This document shows positions 19,760-30,548 of a DNA stretch of 64,000 nt, in pieces. A model generated the notes under the pieces. The model saw nothing but the letters and a program-made list of their open reading frames with translations. It was not told the origin of the DNA and made no database searches. Numbering within the stretch: the stretch's first letter is position 1; each line of letters begins with the position of its first letter. Source of the DNA: Phaeosaccion multiseriatum (taxonomy: Eukaryota > Protista > Ochrophyta, other classes). The position numbers were made by a program, and so were the translations under genes. The stretch covers positions 1,116,001 through 1,180,000 of the forward strand of contig OZ218960.1 in NCBI GenBank assembly GCA_965112735.1, written 5' to 3'.

Positions 19760-21480
19760 ATTTGCCTCAGTCGTTAACCCAGGGGAGAGACGAGAACGAA
19801 GCGAGTGCAAACAAGGTCCTCGCTCTCGATGGCAGCCGATGGCAGCATTTTGGAGACCACTCTGGGGGGAGGAAGAAAAGAGTCAACAGGCAGACAAACA
19901 AATGGGGAGAGCAGGAGGAGAGACAGGACACCCGCCCGCCCCATGTGGCGCAGGAGGTGCAGAGAGGGGAGGATAAGGGAGGGGCGGTGACTAACCATAT
20001 CACGTGAGGAAGGCCTGTGAGAGGGGTCCAAAACGCAACCCTCCGCCCGAGCAACAGGCCCTTTCCCCTTCCCTCCTACTCACGTCGCTCCTGTAAACGG
20101 CTGGTAATGCCCATCGTCCCTGCCGCTGCGGCTGGGCCTGCTCCGGCGCCTACTACCGCTGCAACGATGCCTCCACCCCATCCGCCCAGGAAGAACCTGC
20201 CCATCCCGTGGCGAATGTTCCGTGGTTGCTTGATTCGCTGCTGGAGGAGAGCAGCGCGTTGATTTGGGTCGTTTGCTGCGACCATCTTCTGCACCCCCCG
20301 GGGGTGGTTCACAACCTCACACAGGGCCACAAAAGGTCAGCGGTTGGCCAGCAAGCTGAGCTCTCAGACGACTGGAGGGAGGGAGGGAGGGAGGGAGGGA
20401 GGGAGGGAGGGAGGGAGGGAGGGAGGGAGGGAGGGAGGGAGGGAGGGACGGCAGGGCAAGACCAGACCGAGGCAGCACATGAAAGCATAGGACCGGACCG
20501 TACAGGCCAAAGCGAGTACACGTGTGAGTGCGTGCGTGCGCAGAAGATGCTTTCCGGGTCGATAGACGGGCAATAATATGCAGCCCCTCCTCTTCCCTCT
20601 AGCTGGATAGACGGGCATGAATATGCAGCCTCTCCTCTTCCCTCTGGCTGAGAGAAGTACAATACAGCTTGTTCCTGCGATCTTACCTTCCCCTCCACAG
20701 TGCTCCGGGGTGGAGAGGTTGGTTCGAAAATTGGTGCGAGAATGGTATTTCAGGGTGGAACGTAAATGCCTGTTCCAATGGCGTCGCCGCACGTCACCGC
20801 GGAGAGGAGAGAGAGGGAGAGAGGGGGGGGGGGAGAGGGAGAGGGGAAGGGGGCGAAGAGGGAGATAGTGAAGGTGAGGGAGAAGGAGAATGGGATGCAG
20901 TGAATTGGATATGATGTATCGCAAGACAGACACCCCAGGACTACCGCCATATAGCCAGCTACACTTAGGTTACTCTCCGGACAGGGGGTGAGGGTAGAGA
21001 GGAACCTCACGACTTACTGAGAGCGGCGTGTTGGTGAGAATCTGCAGCCCTTTACTCGTACCGTTACTCAAGATGCCGAACCAGCTGGTTGGAGTAGTAC
21101 TCCGGAGGGAGGGCTGGTTGAGTTTCTTCGTTACCCTCACGATGGAGCTGCTTGTGGGAGGTATCGGCTGTTGCTGTGATCTCCTTGCCTCCTTCGCGTC
21201 CTCCAGCTTTCGGACAAGCCGCTGCGAGGCTTCCTCTTCCAGGGACTATCGGGCGAGATTCTGTGCGCGGTCTCGCAATCAAGAAGCTCAGCAGCTGTGG
21301 TCGCTACTGCTGGATCCTGCGCCGCCCCCCGCCCCCCCCCTAATTCCCGATCACGCTTGCAGGGGCCGAGGCGCACTTCTGCAGAGGGAGAAGGGTGCAC
21401 TTCCACCACCGCTTCTCTTCCGTTTCCCCGCTCTTGTCATTTCCCTCCTCCTCCGTAGCTGTCGGGAAATGCTGCAGCGA
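19760..21480 (-). pseudogene. Degenerate PARP-type (PARP6/8-like mono-ADP-ribosyltransferase) catalytic-domain pseudogene
   Basis: Collinear fragments: TPTSWFGILSNG..GLQILTNTPL (~21100-21020), VTCGDAIGTGIYV (~20797-20755), GQPLTF/VALCEVVNHP (~20350-20300) and ESEDLVCTRFVLV (~19830-19785). These parallel the family's NWHSILRNGL..GAAYGKGIY..ALCEVI..DHVCTRF.FV. In-frame stops, a +1 T in a T-run and a GG in place of an AG acceptor are present. Confidence 0.55.
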
Positions 21481-21877
21481 CCAGGGCCACATTGTTGAGC
21501 GCTATCAAACTCATACTCTCTTCCTTCCCTGACCTACGTCGTCTCTTGCCCTTCTTCCCGTTTTCCCTCCTCTTCGCCGTCGCTTGCGCTCCAGTGGAGG
21601 TGATCTCCTGGACATCACTGTCATTATCCGACTCTATCGTGAGGTCGTGCTCCTCCCTCGCCTTTCTTTCCCTTTCCCTTTCCCCTCCCCCCCGGATATC
21701 CCCCTCGTCTTCTCCCTCCCTGTCTTTACTTTTTCGTTGCCGTCTTTTTGCAATGAGCGGTACAAACCCGTGGTAGCACTACAGGCACCTCCACACGACA
21801 CTCCCCGCCCCCTTACTACCTTCCTTTACCTCAGCTGTTTGTGCTTTGCGCGGGAAGGAGCGAAGGGAGATTCTCAG

Positions 21878-23640
21878 ATGGCGGTACAGATTCGCACACG
21901 CGCATCGAGGTCAGCTCGGGGTGCAGTTAATCGCAGTTGGTATAGTTACAATGAAAGGGGGGATCGTAGCATGAGCGTGCTCGGGGAGGCTGCAGCAGCC
22001 GCAGGAGGAGCGGATGGTGGGGGGGGGGTGGGGAGCCATCTTCTTGACGGACTCGGGGAGGTCTTCAGCGGAGGCGCTGCGATGGATGAAGGCGGCGAGC
22101 TTCTGCTAGATGGCACGGTCGGGGATATGTGGAGAGAAGATGGTGGTTTGGATGCCGAGGCGTGTGCGATTGACGAAGGCGGCCTTCTGCAGGCCATACT
22201 TGAGTGGGCGAGGGACATCGGCCATGAGCTACAGGGCATCAAGCTTGAGCCATGGGAGGTGAGTGGTACGGGCGAAATGACTTGAGGCACTCTTGTTATC
22301 CGCTCAGGTCATCTCTCTGCATTTCTCTCGATCATGAGCACGTTCGACCCCATCTCCCTCTGTGCCTCTATCTATCTTTCTCTCCAACAACCCTCCATAT
22401 TCGTCCCTCTTTGTCCACCTGATGCACACCCCTCCCGCGTCTTCCTGAGTCGCCAGCGCAAATTGAATCGCCTTTTGATATTAAGAGTTGTTGTCATTAG
22501 CCGCTTTGCACCTTTGTGCGACTGCTGCTGCTCTGCCTGCTTACACCCTCCTCCCCCTCCTTCTCCTTCTCTTCCCCCCACCTCCCTCCTCCTCCTGCCC
22601 TCCCCCAGGTGTATCGAACCACCGCCGCGGAGACCTGGGACACTACCTTGTCCGCGAGCCGCCTGTGGGTCCGCAGCCTCATCAACTTCCTCACGCACGC
22701 AATCTCCGCCTCTGACGCGGCCCTCTACGCGTGGTGGAAGTTCTGGTACCTTTTCATGGCCCCTGTGTTTCAATTCCTCGCAATTCTGCTCGGTGGCTTT
22801 CGCGCGCCCCTGGCAGCAGTGGGTCGCTCCCTTGCTAGGGGCTTGGCGGGGAGCTGGCAGTGGCACGTCGGCCAACCCTGGTGGGTCCTGCTGATGGAGG
22901 CGGCGGTGGTCTCCAGTCTTATCGCACTGCACCTTCTGCGTCGGTTCGTGGCACGTGGGCAGTACATTCCCCGAGCGGCCGACAAGATTCGGTCGATTCG
23001 GGGCCAGATTTCCAGGCGATACGCGAGATGCATGGCCTATGTGCAGCACAAGAGTAAGGTGGCTGCGAGTCTGCTGCCCCACGCCGTCTACTGGCTCATT
23101 GCGCTGCTGCTTGTGCGGTACATGCCCTTTTTAGAGGTGGTGAATTGGTATACCTGGCACTTGATCTTTACCGTGGTGCCAGTGGTGTCCACCACCTTTC
23201 AAGTGCTCTCGGTGCGGGAGTTGTTGGTGGCCCAGCACGGCGGAGGACGTCAGGGGAAGACCGGAGGGGGGGTGGCAGTAGCAGCAGCAGCAGTAGCGGG
23301 AGCAGGAGCAGTAGGGGCTGCTGGAAGTGCAAGTCCATCTCCTGCAGCGGCGATGGCTGCTACGGAAGCCGCCGGGGAGGCAGGCGCACAGGGCGTGTCG
23401 GGACGGTTGCGTCGAGGCTCTGCAGCATCCACAGCAGGAGCAGCAGCAGTAGCAGCAGCGGATGCAGCAACCGAAGCCGCGTCAGGAGTGGCAGGAGAAG
23501 GAGGACCGCGGAGGGCGTCTCCACGGCTAGCTGCCACACGGTCACCCCGGACTACGAGGCTGGGTATTGGCAGCGGCGGCGGCGGCGGCGGCGGGGTGGG
23601 GGGTGGAGGCAGCGGCAGCATCCGCATGACTACCACCGGT

Positions 23641-23675
<35 letters not shown>

Positions 23676-24103
23676 CAGCAGTGGGGGAAGCTCAGGGGAG
23701 CGCACGACGATCGATGAGGCGATGTTGGAACGTACACTCATGTTCTGGGTGGTGTATGCCTTTCTGGGCACGTGTCTGTTTCTCGTCACGCGCCTGCCCT
23801 TCGTGGAGCGTGTGCTGAATCGGCTGCCGCACGCACACGAGTGGGCCTTTTACTTCTTCCTGTGGCTGCAGCTGCCAGGCGAGGTGGGCGGGGTGTACAT
23901 TGTGTATCAGTTCACAGAGCCCACCATTCGGAAGCACGTGTCGTACCTTCGACCTCGCAGCAGCGGTAGTATACACGGCAGCGGCAACAATATCAGCAGC
24001 CTCAGCATGGCCACCACAAACGGCGGCAGCGGCAGCAGCAGTAGTAGTAGTAATAGTAGTGGTAGGAGGGCGTCGTCGAGTAGAGGAGGCAAGCGGCGAG
24101 GCA

Positions 24104-24142
<39 letters not shown>

Positions 24143-25297
24143 CAGGAGTATCGAGCGATGTGGGCACCGCGGCTGAGAAGTCCGCCTTCCTGCTGCGAAT
24201 CCTTGTGGCCCTGCGCATTGTGTCTGCTGACTTTGCCGAAGTGATTTCTCAGAATGTGGCGGACAGCTGGCCCCTCCTGCCCACCGGCTTCTTTGTCTTC
24301 GCCCCCACCTACATTGCTCACATGGGATGCATGTATGCGGGGATGGTGGTACCGGCGCTCAACTCCATACAGGTGAGATGATGAGCTGTATAGGGCTTTG
24401 CTGGGGTTTGGGGTCAGTTGGGGTGGGGATTGGTTTCGTGGGTTTGTTTTGTTTGTTTGTTTGTTTGTTTTGGTTTATTTTTTCCTCCTCTTCCGGGCAT
24501 TTATTTAGCCAGAGCTGGCAGAAGTCTCCACACTCTTGTTGGAGACGGGCACCAAGTCGCTGTTGTTTATCAACATAGTGGACGGAAGGGTGCCAGTTTA
24601 TGAAAGAGTGCACTTTGCCCTGCCACACTGGCGTGCCTGGGGCTGACGCCGCTTGGAAGTGCTTTGTTTTGGGTGTGTGTGTGTGGGGTGGGTCGGAGTG
24701 GAGCGACGGCCGTCATCGCGCTTTGCGTGTGCGTGATCTTACAGCTTTGATTCTACTTGTGTGCATGCGTGTGTGTGTGTGCGCGCGTGTGTGTATATGT
24801 GTGTGTGCGTGTGTGTTAAATACTTTTTTTGTGTTGTGTGTTATCAAACCTCCAAGACCCGTCATCTGATTTGGTTCCTGCGCCCCGCCCGGCCTCTCCC
24901 CTCCCCTCCTCTCCCCTTCCTTCCTTCCATCCCCATCCCATCGCCCCTTGCCCATGTCACAAACCCCACCACACCAAACGCACATACCCAAACGATGCAA
25001 ACGACACAACCAAACCATGCACAACAACCTCTATATCAAAAGGTTCTGTCTCGGCCCCGAACTGGCCAGCTGGTGTCCATGTCCAAGCTGCGGTGGTTGA
25101 CGTACTGGGCAGCCTACCCCGCCCTGTGGCGCTTTACTTGCGCGCTTCAGAGGCTGCTGTGGATCGTACCATTCACCACCCATTTGCAGCTGCTCATGCT
25201 GCTGTGGCTGCAGCTGCCCTACTTTAGGGGCGCAGAGGTACTGATTGATCGAGTGGAGCGAGCCATCGAGAGGCTGGAGCACATCTACGTTAATTAG
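21878..25297 (+). CDS. Multi-pass membrane protein with two TB2/DP1/HVA22 (REEP/Yop1-like) units; exons 21878-22258, 22609-24372, 25043-25297
   Basis: LMFWVVYAFL...FFLWLQLP..GGVYIVY and LRWLTYWAAY...IVPF..LLMLLWLQLPYFRGAEVL are HVA22 signatures. Start could instead be 21971. Confidence 0.8.
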
Positions 25298-25412
25298 TCG
25301 GTTGGGTAGGGAAAAAAACCAAGGAGACCAACAAAACCCCGATGGACTTCACGCAAGAGGAGCAAAACCAACTACAGCCATACACAAAGTTAGTTAGTCA
25401 TTTACGTCTGCG

Positions 25413-25600
25413 CTCTGCAGACCATCTCTCCCATGCCGATGGTATCAAAATCCTCCGACTGGCAGTTCTCGCTCACCGCAGCAGCAGCAGCAGCAGTAGT
25501 AGACGCAACAGCCGCTCTCCCATCCCTTCCTCCTCCCCTCCCCTCCTCGGGTCGCCGGCCTGGGACCATCTTCAACCTCCAGCCTGGGACATCGTAGAGC
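25413..25600 (-). pseudogene. Truncated duplicate of RRN7/TAF1B exon 1 (zinc-ribbon fragment)
   Basis: [25 protein letters not shown] versus [25 protein letters not shown] near 46490-46560. First Cys is changed to Ser, and homology stops before the fourth Cys. Confidence 0.85.
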
Positions 25601-25673
25601 CAAAAAAGGGGCATTCCAAAAGGCGAGCGAGAAACCTTTTAGACTTTTGAAACACGATCTCTTCTCCCTAAGC

Positions 25674-28600
25674 ATGTACTATATGCGGGTGCTCGTGCCT
25701 TTGCTACTGCTGGAACTTACCGAAGCCTTTCATGGGCTGGGCTTCTGTTCCGGCGGACCGGCGGTGTGCAGGAGGCCCCATGGTTAGATGGTGGTGAGAG
25801 AAGTGTTGAAGCAAGTGGCAGGGGGGTAGTTTGAGGAGGGGGAGTGGGCTTTTTGGGTAGGTGCTGTCTGTGATGGGGGTGCGGGATTCCTCTCTCTTTG
25901 CTCCTTTCTTCTTTCTCGGTCTTCTTTGTTCCCTTGTCTCTCTTGGCTGGCTGGCTGGTATCAGCCAGTGTCTCTCTCTCGTCGGTTCCAGCCAGTCTGC
26001 CTTGAATCCCCACACGTCCTACTGCTCATGCACACTTTCTTTTGAGTTGGTGGCGTCAGTGATGAGGGTGTGATATATCTGTATCCTTTTTCTTGCTCTG
26101 TCTCTCTGGCTGTGCCTGGCTGGCTGGCTGCTACCTCCCTGCCTCGCTCGACTCGGCCCCGCCTGCTGTTCCTCTCCATCTGTGTCTCTTCCTCCCATTC
26201 CCCCTCTCTCCTGGTTCTCTTCGTTTCTCTTTTCTTCTCTGTCTCCCTCTAGTAGGACGCTCAGTCTTTTTGTGTCGCTGTCTCTGTTGCTCGCTCGGTC
26301 TTGCTTCCCTTCACCTGCAATCATCATGCTTTGCTTTCGATTGCTTGTTGAGCCTTGGCTGTGCCTGCCCGCCTGTGCCCGCACACCCTGTAACCCATAC
26401 TACGCCCGTGTTCTGTGCCTTCTCCCCAGTCCGTGCCCCGGCCTTCTCTCCTGCTGGACTTCAAACGCCGTGGCAGGGCCCGGGAGCAGTGATGAGCTCC
26501 CAAAGGGCCATCGCGGGCATGCCCCCCTCTCGAAGTCCCTGTCGTGGAGTGTCTTCTGTGCTGTCCATGAACATTAAGCAAGATGATGTTAGAGAGTCCT
26601 CACGGCGGTGGACAGGTACGGGCTCATGATGGCACGGACAAGCTGGTATGGAAGAAGAAGGCGTTTGCTTACTCTCGTGCTCACTCACTCACTCACTCAC
26701 TCACTCACTCACTCACTCCCTCACTCACTCCCTCACTCAATCTCTTCACTCACTCACGCACTCACTCACTCACTCACTCACTCACTCACTCACTCACTCA
26801 CTCACTCACTCACTCACTCACTCACTCACTCACTCACTCACTCACTCACTCACTCACTCACTCACTCACTCACCCACCCACTCACTCACTCACTCACTCA
26901 CTCACTCACTCACTCACTCACTCACTCACTCACTCACTCACTCACTCACTCACTCACTCACTCACTCACTCACTCACTCACTCACTCACTCACTCACTCA
27001 CTCACTCACTCCCTCGCTCCCTCTCTCTCTCACTCACTCACTCACTCACTCACTCACTCACTCACGCACTCACGCACTGACTCAATCACTCACGCACTCA
27101 CTCACTCACTCACTCACTCACTCACTCACTCACTGACTCACTGACTCACTCACTCACTCACTCACTCACTCACTCACTCACTCACACACTCACTCACTCA
27201 CTCACTCACTCACTCACTCACTCACTCACTCACTCACTCACTCACTCACTCACTCACTCACTCACTCACTCACTCACTCACTCACTCACTCACTCACTCA
27301 CTCACTCACTCACTCACTCACTCACTCACTCACTCACTCACTCACTCACTCACTCACTCACTCACTCACTCACTCACTCACTCACTCACTCACTCACCCA
27401 CTCACTCACTCACTCACTCACTCACTCACTCACTCACTCACTCACTCACTCACTCACTCACTCACTCACTCACTCACTCACTCGCTCACTCACTCACTCA
27501 CTCACCCACTCACTCACTCACTCACTCACTCACTCACTCCCTCGCCCCCTTCTTCGTTTTGCGTGTCTTATCTGACAGGCACGGAGGAACTTCCTCGCAT
27601 CCTTCACAGCACGTACCTGAAGACTCTGGACACGTACGTGAACGAGACACCAGTGAGGCACGTTCTGATGGTGTGGGGCCGCAGGTCTGTGGGCAAGACG
27701 CGCGCCATGGAGGAGGCCATCAAGAAGTGGAGTGAAGCGGGGAGGGCCGTGAGAGTTGTGGACCTCACGGGTGTCAAGATTGAGGCTGACAAGATTCCTT
27801 CCGAAATGGAGGGCGTGGTAACCATCGAGCCCAAGAGCAATGTCGACATCGGCGGCCCAAAGGGAGAAACGGCTTATCGAGTTCAAGCATCCTATCACCA
27901 GTACTCGATGTTTGACTGGAGGACGGACTTCGGCGAGGAAACTCCTGTGCTCGTCATCCGAGGCTTGCAAAAGCTTGTGCGCCGGAGGATGGCCAGGAGT
28001 ATGCCGCCGGTCAGGCGATATTTGACGCGTTGTTCGACCGCTTTCAAAAGCTCGTGCTTGGCAGCTCCTGGTGTGCAGTGATTGTGGAGAGCTCCGAGTA
28101 CCTGTGGAGCAGCCTTCAAAAGCATCTCACGTCTGCGCCGCAGTCCTTCCAGGCCACACAGGTGAAACTGTGGACCAAGGAGGAGGTGAGAAAAGCGCTT
28201 GTACGAGAGCCAAAGCTTCTCGACAATGACGGCGACAAGCGCATCGAATGCTTTACCGACAAGGAGTTTGAGTTGCTGTGGGATGCGGTGGGGGGCCATG
28301 CGGGGGAGATCTTTGACTTGCACTGCAGGCTGCGCATGGGCGAAACGCTGGAGGAGGCCCTGGAAGCCAAACTGAGTGCAACGGCGGGGTGGCTAAGCAC
28401 CATCATCAGCGCCCCACAAGGAGGCGATTTTGCGGCTTTCCTTGAGGTGGAGGACTCATCTAAGACCAAAGCACGGGCTGATGTCGAGGCTTGCCGCCGG
28501 ACCGTACTGGAGAAGCTAAAGGGGTCTCCCGTGAACGTTTTGCGCAGTGGTGTAAAGGAGGAGAAGGCACTACTGAGTCTCGATTACCTCATCAAGAGCG

Positions 28601-28692
28601 GTGTGCTGTGGGAGGATGAGAAGCGACAAACCATAACGCCAATGCACAGAGGGTATGAACTTGCCATCAAGGAGCAACTGGAGAGGAAGTAG
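25674..28692 (+). pseudogene. P-loop ATPase copy A with a 1-nt deletion (exons 25674-25782, 26430-26615, 27579-28692)
   Basis: Walker A VWGRRSVGKT. GTG-CGCCG here versus GTGACGCCG in copy B at 27979/27980. Summed exon length is 1409, one short of a multiple of 3. An assembly error is possible. Confidence 0.75.
26679..27540. repeat. (CACT)n microsatellite, ~860 bp, in intron 2 of ATPase copy A
   Basis: Near-pure ctcactca array. Confidence 0.97.
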
Positions 28693-28980
28693 CTAGGCGG
28701 CGGTGGCGGCGGCGGTACAAGCGACCAAGCAAGCAAGGCCAAGAGGGAGAAGCGGTGTGGGGGAGGGAGAGGACACTCTATCAAGGCAGGGGAGAAGCAA
28801 GGGGGCGAGGGGAGCATGTAACAGGGAGAAGAGAGAGGGAGTGGATGAGGCATATCGTACTACGAAGTACTACGTAGTAGTAGGTAGGATGTGCAAAAGA
28901 AGAAATCGGCAGCACCGCAGAGAGAAGAGGCACGCGACCGACAAGAGCCCGCACATGCGTGTGGCTGTACGTGTCACAAA

Positions 28981-29340
28981 GAGGGGCGAGGGGCGAGGGG
29001 TGGGGCAGGGCAGGGTAGGGCAGGGGAGGGGAGGGGAGGGGAGGGGAGGGGAGGAGAGGGCAGGGGAGGGGAGGGGAGGGGAGGGGAGGGGAGGGGAGGG
29101 GAGGGGAGGGGAGGGGAGGGGAGGGGAGGGGAGGGGAGGGGAGGGGAGGGGAGGGGAGGGGAGGGGAGGGGAGGGGAGGGGAGGGGAGGGGAGGGGAGGG
29201 GAGGGGAGGGGAGGGGAGGGGAGGGGAGGGGAGGGGAGGGGAGGGGAGGGGAGGGGAGGGGAGGGGAGGGGAGGGGAGGGGAGGGGAGGGGAGGGGAGGG
29301 GAGGGGAGGGGAGGGGAGGGGGGAGGGGGGGGGGGAGTGG
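28981..29340. repeat. (GAGGG)n pentanucleotide tract, G-quadruplex-prone
   Basis: About 60-70 gaggg units immediately after the end of duplication copy A. Confidence 0.95.
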
Positions 29341-29638
29341 GGATGGAGAGAGGTAAGGGGATTAGGGTTTGGCTGCTTGCCTCCGCCCCTGCCGCGAATG
29401 CTCGAGTTTTTTCCGGAGAACGCATCTAGTCAACACAGCAAGGGTTTGCCCATTACTTGCCTCATCGAGTCTCTCGCCTCTGAAAAAGGGAAAGAAATGT
29501 GGGCTAAAAAAAGCCACTTTCCATGACTTATTCGACCTTGCTCTCTCGTCCTTCGCGCCATATTACGATTTGTCCTCCTGAGAGGCTCAGTCAAGTCCTT
29601 GTTTTGGCTTACCTACCCATCCTCCGATCCGACATCCT

Positions 29639-30517
29639 ATGCATACGCCCCAGAAGGCTGCGCCGAGGAGACAGCCAAGTCCGAGGCCTGAAGCTTTGAG
29701 CGTCGAGAGGGATGAGACGGCCTTGTCGTCCTTCAGAAGACGCAGCAAGGCGACGCTGCGAACAGAGATTGAGTTCATAGATGAGCCTTACCAAGGTCGG
29801 TGGGGGGTAGGGAGCAGGCGGGATGACAGCTTGACGCAGAGATGGAGCTGATGAGAAGGCGGAGGTGGGGGGAACGATATGGCGGGGTGCAGAGCTTGCG
29901 GGGGGGGGCATGGATCACTACCGAGGGAGGAGATCGCAGTAGGATTTACGAGGACGTAAAAACTGAGGCATCCCTTGGTCATACATAGTTACATACATAC
30001 ATTTCGCATCGAGAGGCGCCTGCCGATCTGTCCTAGCAGCTCCTCCTCGTGGACGCATTGACATCCATCCGCTCTCCGTTTGCCCAATTCACTCATTTCA
30101 CAGGGGAAGGCCTCAAGCCTGGCACCATCGTAGAGCTCACGGGTGCGTCAGGCACGGGAAAGACAGAGGTAGGAGGAGGAGAGGAAAGACAAAGAGGTAA
30201 AGGATTTTGGGGAGGGAAGAGAGAGGTAGAGGATGGGAGGGTAACAAACAACACCTTGGTACTTGATTCTTCCTCCATCTATTTTGATCTGAACATAACT
30301 CTTGATGGTCGCCCTTCCAACCTTCGCCTCTTGACGATATCGATCAACCATGTGGAATGATCGGAGGAGAAGCGGTGACCAGGGTACACAATCTCCGTTT
30401 GCACTTTCGCTCCAGTCTTGACCCTCAGGGGAGAGTGATTCGCAGCGCGAATCCCCTTTGCTCTGTGTCTTCCTCCTCCTTCTCCTTCTGTCTTCCTCCT
30501 CCTTCTCCTTCTCCTCC

Positions 30518-30548
<31 letters not shown>

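Larger units (their letters stand above)
25413..28977 (+). repeat. Inverted segmental duplication, copy A (partner 43712-46561)
   Basis: Reverse-complement homology across the RRN7 5' fragment, the intergenic spacer, all ATPase exons, parts of its introns and its 3' flank. Confidence 0.92.

Noticed and set aside
20750-21350. In-frame stops in the PARP-like region as selenocysteine or readthrough
   Set aside because: Mixed TGA and TAG stops together with frameshifts indicate decay.
26583-27144. THSL-, CV/HT-, GEGRG- and poly-R/P/L ORFs in the ORF track
   Set aside because: These are translations of intronic or intergenic microsatellites, or antisense frames of real exons.
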